Source: Felis catus (Eukaryota). From it: a stretch of 64,000 nt of DNA. The stretch is from assembly GCF_018350175.1 (NCBI RefSeq), contig NC_058368.1, positions 182,902,001 to 182,966,000 of the forward strand, written 5' to 3'. How positions within the stretch are numbered: position 1 is the stretch's first letter; each line of letters opens with the position of its first letter. Below the pieces are notes generated by a model. The model ran no database searches and was not told the DNA's origin. It saw only the letters and a program-made list of their open reading frames with translations. The translations under genes were made by a program, and so were the position numbers. Of this stretch, positions 49,600 to 63,206 are shown one piece after another.

Positions 49600-50750
49600 T
49601 AACAATAATTTATTGAGCACCAATAACAAACAACAAAGGAGCTAAGTCTCTGTGGAGTCTTTTTATGTTGGATAATGATAAATCTCATCAAAAATTAAAA
49701 TGTAAACCAAAGTAAGTGGGTTTACGGTGACACAGGGTGGGTAGACCAAATTATAGTATTAATAGGAAGGTCAAGGTATGCTTAATTGAGAAAGTAGTGT
49801 TTCAGCATATACTTGAAAGAAGCAAGAGAGTTAGTTATATAGATAGCTGGGTGAAGACTGTTCTAAGCAGGGAGAACTACTGGTGCAAAATCCCAATCCA
49901 GGAGAAAATCTTGTTTGTAGAAGCGCAGGGTTACCAGTGCAGCTAAAATGGAATTACCAAATGGTAGATTAGTAAGAGATGATGTCAGAGAGGTAATGAG
50001 TGGCAGACCATGTAATATTTTATAGACCATTATAATGAATTTAGCTTATACTCTGAGGAAAATGGAGAGCCAATGGAGAGTTTTGAGCAAAGGAATGATA
50101 CTATATACTTTAAGTTTTAAAAAATGTGGCTACTGTAAGAAGGAAGGGAAGAAGAATTTCAGAGGTTACGTCAGTGGTCCAGATGCAAAATGATGGCAGC
50201 TCACTAGGGTGGTACTAATAGAGGTGGTGGGAAACATTCAAATGGAAATATTTTTTAATTAAAACCATCAGGGCTTATTGATGAATTGGTTGTGAGGTTT
50301 AAGACAAAGAGAGAAAAGGTGAAAAAAAAATTCCATGATTTTGGTCTTAGCAATAAAAATAATGCAATATCTATCAACTGGAATAGAGAAGTCTTCAGGG
50401 GTGTGTATGTGTGCAGAGACTTAGAAGAGGTTAGCATAGGAGTTCACTTTAGAACATGTTGAGGTGTCTGTTAGAAATACAAGTGCAAATGTTGAGTAAA
50501 AACTGTATATACAACTCCAGAATTTCAGAGAGCAATCTAAGTGGTAGATACAAGGGTTGGGAGTACTAGAAGTGTAATAACTAACAAATGAAACAAAGGA
50601 GCAATGACAGAATGTAAGAAAAACCAAGAAAATAGTGTCCTACAAGTCAAATGAAGGAAGTATATCCAGAAGGAGGAAGTTACCATCCTGCCAAAAAATG
50701 CTTGATAAATCAAATAAAATGGGGATTGAGAATTGACCAAAGGAGTTTTA
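49600..50750 (-). mobile_element. LINE-2 fragment
   Basis: tttattgagcacc, ggagagccaatggagagttttgagcaaaggaatga, tttagaacatgttgaggtgtctgttaga are antisense L2 phrases. Confidence 0.8.
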
Positions 50751-50759
50751 AAAAAGAAT

Positions 50760-52611
50760 AGCAGCATGATTCTGAAACTCCCCTTCACTTTCACAAAATA
50801 ATAAAAATATCAACAGGGAGAACAATCTTCACCATTACTAGGAGGCAAAGAGAGGCAACCTTCAAATATTTTCAAGTAGAAGAAAAAAAACAAATAAATT
50901 CATACAACTTCCATCTTTGACCACCATCATACGACTCTGTGTGGGATGAGCAGAAAAGGGGAGGCTGGAAGGAGTGAATGAAAAATAGCAGAAAGGAGCT
51001 GAGGTCTTATGAAGTAGAGTTAAAATAGCTCTTAGAAGTAGGAAGCAAAACAAAAAATGTCAGGACATTGCACATCAAAGATGTGGAGGAAACATACTCA
51101 TGAAATAAATAAAAATAGAATAAAACATATCACATCCATATAAAATTATTTAAAATGCTGGAATGCAAGTAAAGGTATGCTGATAAAAATATTTCCTCTC
51201 AGAATCACTATCAAAGAAAGAAAACTGAAATATAGAACCCCAAATTAATTAAATATCCGCAAATAGGCAGTTTAGTGGTATAGACACTTGGATTCAGAAA
51301 CACAAAACACAAAACAAAAGAAACAAATACTCTATTAGAGGAAATGAGAAAAAATAAAATGAGAATTTAAATTAGTGTTGCATGAATTAATGACATAAAT
51401 GCAAACAAAAAGACAAAATCTTATCAGAAATAAATACGTAATTGCAAGGGGCACAAGGAAACTAGAATTAAATAAAAACAAGACATTGAAAAGAATCACA
51501 AAGGTCAAGATAATGAAAATGAGATAAACAATAAAATAAAGAGAGATGAAGAAAAATTGATTGAAATGGAAAACATGAAAAGGAGATCAGACATGCATAT
51601 AATCAGTGCCCCTAAGAAAAAAGATTAAATAAACATGGAATTGAACTAATATTTAAAATTAGAACTCAAGAAGAATTTTTAGAAATTAGAGAATATATTA
51701 ATCTTCTCATTGAAAGAGTCCATTGACTGCAAGAGAAATATGACCCAGAATGATAAATTCTGAGACATATCCTAGTAAGAGTACTAGACTTAAAGAAAAA
51801 TCTTCAGGGACTCAAGGCTAATATATACATACACAATCACTTATCTTTGAGAATTAGATTGGCATAATATTTTTTTTCAAAACACACACAAAGAAAGGCA
51901 AGGTAGATAGAGCCTTTTAATAAATTATGTTGAGACAACTGGATAGCTATTTGATAAAAGATACAGTTGGATCCATTATCACACCATATACATGCATAAG
52001 TTCTAAATGTATGAACAGTCTATATGTAAAATGGAATCTAATTATTCCCTCAACAAGGAGTATAATGAATTCCTCTTGACTCTGGGTATAGGGTAAGCCT
52101 TTCTAAGTATCACTAAAAATCCATATACAATAAAAAAAATACAAATAAATTTTATCATATAAATAAAAAATAAACAAACATGGTAAAAAAACAAACACTT
52201 TTCAAGAACAAATGAAATATTTCTAATATATATCACAGATGAAAGGTTAACATTCATAATTTATAAAGAACTTTTAAAATTTGAGGCTATATGACCAATA
52301 ATTCTGTATTGTAATGAACAAAATATATGAGCACCACTATTCACAAAAAGAGAAGTAAAAATGACCACTAAACACATAAAAAGGTATTCAATATCACTCA
52401 GCGTAGGATAAATGCAAATTAAAATGACACTGAGATACCATTTCTCTCACATCAGATTGGCAAAAACTCAAAACCTGACAATAATGTCTGTGGGCACGGT
52501 TGTGGGAAAATAAGCACTCTCATACACTGATGATGGGAATGTAAATGACATAACTTCTACAAATAAGAATTTTGCAATATCTAGCAAAAATCGCATCTAC
52601 ATTTACTTTTC
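50760..52611 (+). mobile_element. Old L1M (ORF1 remnant plus ORF2 3' part), left of the nested L1
   Basis: gagacaactggatagc, aaatgcaaattaaaatgacactgagataccatttc...atcagattggcaaaa, gcactctcatacactgatgatgggaatgtaaa. Confidence 0.75.
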
Positions 52612-52838
52612 TTTCTTTTTTTTTTAAATATGAAATTTATTATCAAATTGGTTTCCATACAGCACCCAGTGCCCATCCCAACAGGTGCCCTCCTCAATGC
52701 CCATCACCCACATTCCCCTCCCTACCACCCCCCCCATCAACCCTCAGTTTGTTCTCAGTTTTTAAGTCTCTTATGGTTTGACTCCCTCCCTAACTTTTTT
52801 TTTTCCTTTCCCTCCCCCATGGTCTTCTGTTAAGTTTC

Positions 52839-55800
52839 TCAGGATCCACATAAGAGTGAAAACATATGGTATCTGTCTTTCTCTGTATGACTTATTTCAC
52901 TTAGCATAACACTCTCCAGTTCCATCCACATTGCTTCAAAACGCCAGATTTCATTCCTTCTCATTGCCAAGTAGTATTCCATTGTGTATATAAATCATAA
53001 TTTCTTTATCCATTCATCAGTTGATGGACATTTAGGCTCTTTCCATAATTTGGCTATTGTTGAAAGTTCTGCTATAAACATTGGGGTACAAGTGCCCCTA
53101 TGCATCAGTACTCCTGTATCCCTTGGGTAAATTCGTAGCAGTGCTATTGCTGGGTCATAGGGTAGGTCTATTTTTAATTTTTTGAGGATCCTCCACACTG
53201 TTTTCCAGAGTGGCTGCACCAGTTTGCATTCCCACCGACAGTGCAAGAGGGTTCCCGTTTCTCCACATCCTTGCCAGCACCTATAGTCTCCTGATTTGTT
53301 CATTTTAGCCACTCTGACTGGTGTGAGGTGGTATCTGAGTGTGGTTTTGATTTGTATTTCCCTGATGAGAAGTGACGTTGAGCATCTTTTCATGTGCCTG
53401 TTGGCCATCTGGATGTCTTTAGAGAAGTGCCTATTCATTTCTTCTGCCCATTTCTTTACTGGATTATTTGTTTTTTGGGTGTGGAGTTTGGTGAGTTCTT
53501 TATAGATTTTGGATACTAGCCCTTTGTCAGATACGTCATTTGCAAATATCTTTTCCCATTCCATTGGTTTCTTTTTAGTTTTGTGGTTGTTTCCTTTGCA
53601 GTGCAGAAGCTTTTTATCTTGATGAGGTCCCAATAGTTCATTTTTGCTTTTAATTCCCTTGCCTTTGGAGATGTGTCGAGTAAGAAATTGCTGTGGCTGA
53701 GGTCAGAGAGGTTTTTTCCTGCTTTCTCCTCTAGGGTTTTGATGGTTTCCTGCCTCACATTCAGGTCCTTCATCTATTTTGAGTTTATTTTTGTGAATGG
53801 TGTAAGAAAGTGGTCTAGTTTCATTCTTCTGCCTGTTGCTGTCCAGTCTTCCCAGCACCATTTGTTAAAGAGATTGTCTTTTTTTCCCTTGGATATTCTT
53901 TCCTGCTTTGTCAAAGATTAGTTGGCCATACATTTGTAGGTCTGATACTGGAGTCTCTATTCTATTCCATTGGTCTATGTGTCTGTTTTTGTGCCAATAC
54001 CATGCTGTCTTGATGATGACAGCTTTGTAGTAGAGGCTAAAGTCTGGGATTGTGATGCCTCCCACTTTGGTCATCTTCTTCAATATTACTTTGGCTATTC
54101 AGGGTCTTTTGTGGTTCCACACAAATTTTAGGATTGCTTGTTCTAGCTTTGAGAAGAATGCTGGTGCAATTTTAATTGGGATTGCATTGAATGTGTAGAT
54201 AGCTTTGGGTAGTATTGATATTTTAACAATATTTATTCTTCCAATCCATGAGCACGGAATGTTTTTCCATTTTGTTGTATCTTCTTCAATTTCCTTTATA
54301 AGCTTTCTATTCTGTTGCTTCATTATTAGTGTATAAGAATGCAACTGATTTCTGTACATTGATTTTGTATCCTGCCACTTCACTGAATTCATGTATCAGT
54401 TCTAGCAGACTTCTGGTGGAGTCTATCGGGTTTTCCATGTATAATATCATGTCATCTGCAAAACGTGAAAGCTTGACTTCATCTTTGCCAGTTTTGATGC
54501 CTTTGGTTTCCTTTTGTTGTCTGATTGCTGATGGTAGAACTTCCAGCACTATGTTAAAAAACAGCAGTGAGAGTGGACATCCCTGTCCTATACCTGATCT
54601 CAGGGGGAAAGCTCTCAATTTTTTCCCCATTGAGGATGATATTAGCTGTGGGCTTTTCATAAATGGCTTTTATGATGTTTAAGTATGTTCCTTCTATCCC
54701 AGCTTTTTCAAGGGCTTTTATTAAGAAAGGATGCTGAATTTTGTCAAATGCTTTTTCTGCATCGATTGACAGGTTCATATCGTTCTTATCTTTTCTTTTA
54801 TTAATGTGATGTATCACACTGATTGATTTGTGAATGTTGAACCAGCCCTGCATCCCAGGAATGAATCTCACTTGATCATGATGAATAATTCTTTTTATAT
54901 GCTGTTGAATTCAATTTGCCAGTATCTTGTTGAGAATTTTTGCATCCATATTCACCAGGGATATTGGCCTGTAATTCTCTTTTTTTTCTGGGTCTCTGTC
55001 TGGTTTAGGAATCAAAGTAATGCTGGCTTCATAGAATGAGTCTGGAAGTTTTCCTTCCCTTTCAGTTTTTTGGAACAGCTTAGGAAGGATAGGTATTATC
55101 TCTGCTTTAAATGTCTGGTAGAATTCCCCAGGGAAGCCATCTGGTCCTGGACTCTTATTTGTTGGGAGATTTTTGATAACTGATTCAATTTCTTTGCTGG
55201 TTATGGGTCTGATCAAGTTTTGGAAGTGTGTGGGTGCTTAGGAATTTGTCCATTTCTTCCAGGTTGTCCAGTTTGTTGGCATATAATTTTTTATAGTATT
55301 CCTTGATAATTGCTTGTATTTCTGAAGGATTGGTAATAGTTCCATTTTCATACATGAATTTATCTATTTGTGTCATCTCTCTTTTCTTTTTGAGAAGCCT
55401 GGATAGAGGTTTATTAATTTTGTTTATTTTTTCAAAAATCTAACTCTTGGTTTCACTCATCTCTTCTACAGTTTTTTGGATTCTATATTGTTTATTTCTG
55501 CTCTGATCTTTATTATTTCTCTTTTTCTGCTGGGTTTCGGGTGTCTTTGCTGTTCTGCTTCCATTTCTTTTAGGTGTGCTGTTAGATTTTGTATTTGGGA
55601 ATTTGCTTGTTTCCTGAGATAGGCCTGGATTGCAATGTATTTTCCTCTCAGGACTGCCTTCACTGCATCCCAAAGCATTTTGATTGTTGTATTTTCATTT
55701 TCGTTTGTTTCCATATATTTTTTTAATTTCTTGTCTAATTGCCTGGTTGACACATTCATTCTTTAGTAGGGTGTTCTTTAACCTCCATGCCTTTGGAGGT

Positions 55801-56525
55801 TTTCCAGACTTTTTCCTGTGGTTGATTTCAAGGTCATACCATTATGGTCTGAAAGTGTGCATGGTATGATCTCAATTTTTTTATACTTTTTAAGGAATGT
55901 TATGTGGCCCAGTATGTGATCTATCTTGGAAAATGTTCCATGTGCACTTGAGAAGAAAGTATATTCTGTTGCTTTGGGATGTAGAGTTCTAAATATATCT
56001 GTCAAGTCCATCTGATCCAATGTATCATTCAGGGCTCTTGTTTCTTTATTGATCCTGTGTCTAGATGATCTATCCACTGTTGTAAGTGGGGTATTAAAGT
56101 CCTCTTCAATTACCACATTCTTATCAAGAATATTTCTTATGTTTGTGATGGTTTTACATATTTTGGGGCTTCTGTATTCAGTGCATAGACATTTAAAATT
56201 GTTAGCTCTTCCTGATAGATAGACCCTGTAATTATTATATAATGCCCTTCTTCATCTCTTGTTATGGCCTTTAATTAAAGTCTAGTTTGTCTGATATAAG
56301 TATGGCTACTCCAGCTTTCTTTTTACTTCCAGTAGCATGATAGATAGTTCTCCATCCCCTCACTTTCAATCTGAAGGTGTCCTCAGGTCTAAAATGAGTC
56401 TCTTGTAGACAGCAAATAGATGGGTCTTGTTTTTTTATCCATTCTGATACCCTATGTCTTTTGGTTGGTGCATTTAGTCCATTTACATTCAGTGTTAGTA
56501 TAGAAAGATATGGGTTTAGAGTCAT
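52839..56525 (-). pseudogene. Disrupted L1 ORF2 (APE endonuclease, reverse transcriptase, Cys-rich C-terminus)
   Basis: Fragments across frames: [60 protein letters not shown]; ends MFSLLCGS*. Multiple frameshifts and stops. Confidence 0.95.
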
Positions 56526-56592
56526 TGTGATGTCTGTACATTTCAGATTGTAGTGATGTCTCTGGTACTTTGTGGTCTTTGCAACATTTCAC

Positions 56593-57476
56593 TCACAGAA
56601 TCCCCCTTAGGATCTCTTGTAGGGCTGGTTTAGTGGTGATGAATTCCTTCAGTTTTTGTTTGTTTGAGAAGACCTTTATCTCTCCTTCTATTCTGAATGA
56701 CAGACTTGCTGGTTAAAGGATTCTCAGCTGCATATTTTTTCTGTTCATCACATTGAAGATTTCCTGCCATTCCTTTCTGGCCTGACAAGTTTCAGTAGAT
56801 AGGTCTGCCACTAGTCTTATGTGTCTACCTTTGTAAGTTAGAGCCTGTTTATCCTTAGCTGCTTTCAGAATTTTCTTTATCCTTGTATTTTGCCAGTTTT
56901 AGTACGATATGTCGTACAGAAGATCGATTCAAGTTACATCTGAAGGGAGTTCTCTTTGCCTCTTGGATTTCAATGCCTTTTTCCTTCCCCAGATCAGGGA
57001 AGTTCTCAGCTATGATTTGTTCAAGTACACCTTCAGCCCCTTTGTGCCTCTCTTCTTCTTCTGGAATTCCTACGATACTGATATTGTTCTGTTTGATTGC
57101 ATCACTTAGTTCTCTAATTCTCCCCTCATACTCCTGGATTTTTTTATCTTTTTCTCAGCTTCCTCTTTTTCCATAATTTTATCTTCTAATTCACCTATTC
57201 TCTCCTCTGCCTCTTCAACCCGAGCTGTGGTCGCCTCCATTTTATCTTGCACCTCATTTATATTTTTTAGCTCCTCATGACTATTTCTTAGTCCCTTGAT
57301 CTTTGTAGCAATAGATTCTCTGCTGTCCTGTGTGCTTTTTTCAAGCCCGGCGATTAATTTTATGACTATTATTCTAAATTCTTGTTCTGTTATATTGCTT
57401 AAATTGTTTTTGATCAATTCGCTAGCTGTTGCTACTTCCTGGAGTTTCTTTTGAGGAGAGTCTTCCATTTCATCAT
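56593..57476 (-). pseudogene. Disrupted L1 ORF1
   Basis: SPQKKLQE...EQEFRIIVIKLIAGLE...EEAEERIGELEDK coiled-coil fragment; ends LRGIL* just upstream of the ORF2 start; frameshifted. Confidence 0.9.
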
Positions 57477-58437
57477 GTTGGGTAGTCCCTGTGCTAGCTC
57501 CAAACTGCAGGGCACTTCCCCTGTGTTGTCCAGAGAAACTTGTGTTGGTGGTCAGGGCTGTATTCAGACCCGATGTGTGTCCCCAGCCCACTGCTGGGGA
57601 CACAGTCAGACTGGCGTGTACCTTATCTTCCCTCTTTCAGGGGCAGGATTTACTGTGGGGTGGTGTGGCCCCTGTCTGGGCTATTTGCACACTGCCATGC
57701 TTGTGGTGCTGCTTTGATGGGATATGGCCAAAGGCATATTAGCTGGGGTGGATCCGCAAGGTTCACAGGGGTGGGAGGGGCAAGCTTAGCTTGCTTTGCT
57801 TTAGGTGGTCCCCTGCAGGAGGGGCCCTGCAGCACCAGGAGGGAGGCAGACCCTTCTGAGGATTGGATCCACAGAAGCACGGCATTAGGTGTTTGCGCAG
57901 TGCAAGCAAGTTTGGTGACGGGAACTGGTTCCCTTTGGTACTTCGGGTGGGGGATGGGAGAGGGAGATGGCACTGGTCAGTGCTTTTGCTCCCCCACCGA
58001 GCTGAGCTCTGTCTTCAGGGCTCAACAACTCTCCCTCCCAGTGTCCTCTCTCCCTCCTTGCTCTCTGAGAGCAGAGATGTTGACTTTTAACATTCCAGAT
58101 GTTAAGTCCTGCTAGCTGACAGAACTCACAGAGTACAGCCCCTCCGCTTTTGCAAGCCAGATTTCAGGGCTAGGCCTTGCTGGGTGGGCTGCCCTACCAC
58201 CACTCTGGCTCCCTCCCGCCAGTCCCTGTAGCACGCACTGCCTCTCTGACCTTCCTACCCTCTTCCTACCCTCTTCTGTGGTCCTTGCGTCTACACTTGG
58301 CTCTGGAGAGTCAATTCTGCTCGTCTTCAGGCAATTTTCTGGGTTATTTAGGCAGATGTGGGTGGAATCTAAGTGATCAGCAGAACAAGGTGAGCCCAGC
58401 ATCCTCCTATGCTGTCATCTTCCCAGGTCTCAACAAA

Positions 58438-60790
58438 CTACATTTAGTTTTCAATCCATCAATCCTACTACCAGAAATTTATCCTGGATTCACCTCCAAA
58501 TATATGAATAAGCACAAACAATGCTTATTCATTGCAATATTACCTATGATCATAAAATATTTGAAATATATAATTTTTTAATCATAAAATATTGGTTTAA
58601 TAACTTACGGTATGAATAAAGGAGTACTTTGTAGCTATAATCATGAATGGAAAAGATTTCTATGCATGATATGGAATAATTTCCAGAACATAGTTTCAGT
58701 GGAAAAAAAAGTATAAAAAGCATATAGCAAGCTCCCTATTGTGTAAGAAAGAGAGAAAAAATACATATAGACACTTTTTATTAGAAAACACAGCATAGGA
58801 AGAATAAACCAAAATGACAATGTAGTTGGTTATCTACAATGAGTAGGGATTATAATGAAAGAGATAGAAGTAATATTTCATAACTAAAATTATTGTGTAT
58901 TTTTTGGGAAAGGGTGGGGAGCGGAAAATATTCTAAAACTGAAAGCAAACTAAAACAAAAAAATCTAATTTTATTGAAAATAAATATCATAATCAGACAG
59001 GAAGGAAGAAAGGAAGGAATGTTTTGTTCAAATAATTTATGAACACAATATTTGTCTATATACTTTCTGCATTGGGCAGGCTGGGTGGAAGCCTACACTT
59101 TTTCAGCACCTTCTGTTTATTGAGGTGGCATGCACATAAAAATTCTAAAACTATTTTAGAATCATAATTTCCATCTACTATTTTAGATATATTATAGAAT
59201 TGAGTAAATGAATAAATGTGTTGATATTGTTGGGGGCCAGGATTACCACTACAGGGAATTGGAAAAACATATATTGAATGGGGTAAGGAAGAAAAAAAAA
59301 ACTCTGTGAGAATGAATCGAAATGAAAGTACTTGCTGTGAACACACAGTTTCTGAAACACATGTAAATTAATGTTCATATGCATGTGTAAATATTGCACG
59401 CATGTTAAGTATAAACATATATCATACTTGCATGCATATATATATGTATATGTGTATATACATGCATGTATTTCGTAGCTCTGATTTCTGAAAGGGCTAA
59501 GAAGCACAGTCACAATAGCAATCAGTACATCTTGTGCCCAAATCTTGGTATCCACTGCCATTCCCCGTTGAAAGAAACCAGACCTCCTAGGAGAAATGGC
59601 TGATTCCAAAAGTAGTACAGAAATAGGTACAAAGTGAACCAGGAACATCTTATTAGGCCAGAAAGTAAAGAAGTGCTCAAAAAGCAATGAGAGCATATCA
59701 GAAAAGCACAGCACCCAAAGTGAAAGGCTTCCCACTTGTCGAATCTAGACAATATCAGCATCAAAACAACAAAGTACAATAATAATCTATAAAGCAAAAA
59801 AGCTCAAGAAATCCAGAGTCCATAAAATAATAAGTATATAAATGAGAGAGTAGGAAAAGACCTTATTTACAGTAAAATTCTGAAGAACAACCAGTGAATG
59901 TGGAAGAAGGCTGGAGTTGGAAAAACATCATTTTGTAACAATTATGATAAAGCTTAGATCAGGCAAGATAATTATGGATGCTAGGTCTAAGAGAAAATTT
60001 TAAAAGGAAACAGGAAATTTTCACTGAAGATTTCCTCACAGGCTGTTTATCAGTTGTAGGGAGGAAGAAAACAAAAACAGTAATCATAAGATAGAAAACT
60101 CAGATGACACCTTGAATGTGTGAGCAAATTGAAATCACCAGTGAGGAACAGATGGACATTGCGTACCTTCAGATGTGATACTGCAAATGCACACAGTGTC
60201 ATCCATTCTAGGCAAAAAAAAAAAAAAAAAAAAAAAAAAAAGCGTCCTATTATCAAAAATAGTGTGTGGAGGGACAAATTTTATTTGTAAGAAATACTGA
60301 AGCCATAAACACAAAGCCGATAGAAAGGTTTCAAAATAGATAGGCTAAAGGGATGGGAGGATGACATGGAAAAACTAACCCTAGACTAGATCCTGTACAT
60401 GTGGGGAAGGCAGAGAGGGGAGGGTGTATAAAGACATTATTTGATCTCTGATCAATTTGAAATATGGATGGTAGATTATGTAAAATTGCAGTATTACAAA
60501 AATGTATGAAGATGATGCCTGTTTTTAGGAAATACACAGGGAGGTATTTAGGATTAAAGGACCATCAATGATGGTCATTCTCTAACATTTCAGAGCTAAA
60601 ATTAGAGGTATGCTGGTTTCGGTGTGGTGGGGGGTTATTAGGTGGAGAGAGAGAGAGAGAGAGAGAGAGAAAGGGACAAAATGGGATACAAAGTAAGCAA
60701 CAAGTCAATATAAGTAAAGGCTATATGATATGCTTTACACTACTTTCATTTTGGGAACTTCTGTAGGTTTGAAACAATTTCTAAATAACA
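58438..60790 (+). mobile_element. Old L1M continuation (ORF2 end and L1MC/MD-like 3'UTR)
   Basis: Resumes with ccatcaatcctactaccagaaatttatcc, then gaaatggctgattcc, atggatgctaggtctaa and tgtaggtttgaaacaatttctaaataa. Confidence 0.7.
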
Positions 60791-60908
60791 TTAAAAAGCA
60801 TCCACTATTTGGCAACATAAAAGTTATTGATAACCCTAGTACGGTCATTTTTGAAGGTGTGGCAGAATAAAAACCAAATTGAAGTATGCTTTAAAAAAAT
60901 GAAAGCCT

Positions 60909-61117
60909 GGGCGCCAGGGTGGCTCAGTTGGTGAAGCATCCGACTTCGGCTCAGGTCATGATCTCACAGTACATGGGTTCAAGCCCCGCGTCGGGCTCTG
61001 TGCTGACAGCTTGGAGCCTGGAGCCTGCTTCTGATTCTGTGTCTCCCTCTCCCTCTGCCCCTTCCCCGCTCATGCTCTGTCTCTGTCTCAAAAATATATA
61101 AAACATTTAAAACAATT
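60909..61117 (+). mobile_element. SINEC_Fc
   Basis: Full element; TSD aaaaatgaaagcc on both sides. Confidence 0.95.
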
Positions 61118-61735
61118 TTTAAAAATGAAAGCCAAAGAAGTAGAAACCTTAAATATAAATATCTTCCTAAAAGTTTGGTGCAGGTAGAGCAAAGAAAAAT
61201 ATTTTAGCTGGTAGGAGAAAGTAGAGTTAAGAGAGTTTTCACTTAAAAAAATAGGAATAAAAGCATATCATAGGCAGATAATTCTTTAGAGTATTAAAAG
61301 TAATAATGTAAGAAAGTATTAGAAAGCTAGTGATGTCCTTAAAAAGACATGAGAGGCTCTATTATGCATGTGGAGAAAGGGGATTAGATATGATACCTAT
61401 GTTTTATTGACAGTAAAAAAGAGGGAGGGAAAATTGAATGGGTGTGGATGCTGCAAAGGGGGGTAGATGTATTGATGGGAGTCTATGAAAGTTGTGTACC
61501 TGTCACGTGTTAGCCGATTCAATAGGTGCCAAAGATTTCCACATGAGCACAAAATAACTGCTGCTCTTGAAGAGTCTGTATACTGAAAGAGTTTCATGCT
61601 GAAAACATGGCCTTCGAGGTGGTTTGAATGTAGCACAAGATGAGGCAGGAGAGCTGAGCAAAGATCCTCTGCCATGTTAACAGGAGCTTGGCCATCATCT
61701 TCAAAACAGTGTTTGGCCATTTAAAAGAGTGGCAA

Positions 61736-61824
61736 TTCGGATTCTGTGTCTCCCTCTCTGTCTGCCCGTCTCCTGCTCATGCTCTGTCTCTGTCTCTCAA
61801 AAGTAAACAAACATTGGAAATTTA

Positions 61825-61868
<44 letters not shown>

Positions 61869-61876
61869 AAAAATAG
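61736..61876 (+). mobile_element. 5'-truncated SINEC_Fc with (GAAA)n tail
   Basis: Begins at ttcggattctgtgtctccc; tail converted to (GAAA)n; degenerate TSD aagagtggcaa / aagaggggtaa. Confidence 0.9.
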
Positions 61877-61949
61877 AAGAGGGGTAAGTGCACAGCATGA
61901 TTAATTTGCTTTTTAGAAGTCAGTCTACTCTTGCTGCTATTATGTGTGA

Positions 61950-63050
61950 CAAAATGAAAATAGCTAAATGTTGAGTTCTTCCTTTCGCTAGGCTATGTGC
62001 AAAGCTCCTTACATATGGCATCATCAATCTTTACAACAGCTCTGTGAACTAGATGCTGTTACTACCCACATTTTACAGAAAAGTTAGGAAATTAACAAAT
62101 AATTTTCTGAGGGCCTATAATATACTATGTACTACTTTAAATGGTAGGAATAGAGTTGTGAACAAGACAGTCTTGCCTTTAAGGTTAAAAAAATAAGAAA
62201 TTTCTGGAGCTACTATTTGCTATGAAAAAGATAAAACAAGAATATTTCTGGAGTGTGAATGAGAGTGGAGATGGAAGCTTTTTGAGTTTGGATCATCAAA
62301 ATACATATCTCTGAATTGACATTTAGGTTGAATTTAACTGATTCAAACATTCATTCAACAAAAATCTGTTGAAGGTCTACTGTGTGCGAGGCGCCCTTAT
62401 GGATACTAGAGAAACATTTGTAAACAAAACATAAAAATCCCTGTTCTACCAAAATTTGTGTGCTTTTGGGGAAATAGGGCAAAAATAAAAATCAAGAATA
62501 TATAAAAGGGAAAGTATTCTAAACAGGAAAGAAACTAAGGCTCAAAGAGATTAACAAGACCAAAAGCATGATAGGGGGCAAATCTTTGAGGAATTGCTGG
62601 GGTTAAATGATAGATTTAGGGCAAGTAAGTAATAAGGAGGCTAAGAGGAGGATGTGAAACTAGGAGACTTGGTCAAAAAAAAGGACTGTTTGAACAGCAG
62701 ATTTCTATAGTGAAGCCGACAAGACCCAGGGAATCATTATGGATATAAAATTGGATGGAGGTGAATATGATTAGAGATGAAATGGAAAAGAACTGAGACT
62801 TCACAGTGTTTGGCTGTTCAAAAGCATACAGTACAAAAAAGGTGATAGCTCAGTCAGGATAGAGAGTAAGACCAATTATGAAAGCCTTCAACAAATGAGG
62901 AGAAATGTCCATGACAGTGATGAAGAGAGAAAAGATGATAGTAATAATTCTCAAAGGAGCTGAGGATGTTCCAGAAGGGTAAAGGAGTAGATGAATAAAT
63001 TCTTGGAAGTCACATTAAAGTGCAAGGTCCTAATGATAGCCAGGTTTCAG
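61950..63050 (-). mobile_element. MIR and LINE-2 fragments
   Basis: cccacattttacaga (MIR); cattcattcaacaaaaatctgttgaaggtctactgtgtgcgaggcgc (antisense L2 3' end). Confidence 0.55.
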
Positions 63051-63062
63051 ATCAGTCATGGA

Positions 63063-63206
63063 TATGGTGACCATTTAATTGATCATATAAATAGGGATGC
63101 TTCCTTGAGTAAAAGAGAGAATTATTAATAGTGTGCGGAGATGCCAGGCATAAACTGGAACTATCCTGGAACTATCCTGGGCAACTCGGGATGCTTGTTC
63201 ACCCTA
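63063..63206 (+). mobile_element. MER81-like hAT-Blackjack non-autonomous DNA transposon
   Basis: Terminal inverted repeats tatggtgacca ... ttgttcacccta; internal attattaat and caggcataaactgg; small tandem duplication ctggaactatc x2. Confidence 0.75.

Larger units (their letters stand above)
52612..58437 (-). mobile_element. Near full-length feline LINE-1 (L1_Fc-like), inactivated
   Basis: 5' end gggaagatgac, ~1-kb 5'UTR, ORF1, ORF2, 3'UTR with G tract, aataaa and poly(A); TSD ctacatttacttttc (52597-52611) / ctacatttagttttc (58438-58452). Confidence 0.97.

Noticed and set aside
52995..56525. RT/endonuclease ORFs as an active or novel retroelement system
   Set aside because: Standard L1 ORF2 broken by frameshifts, stops and deletions.
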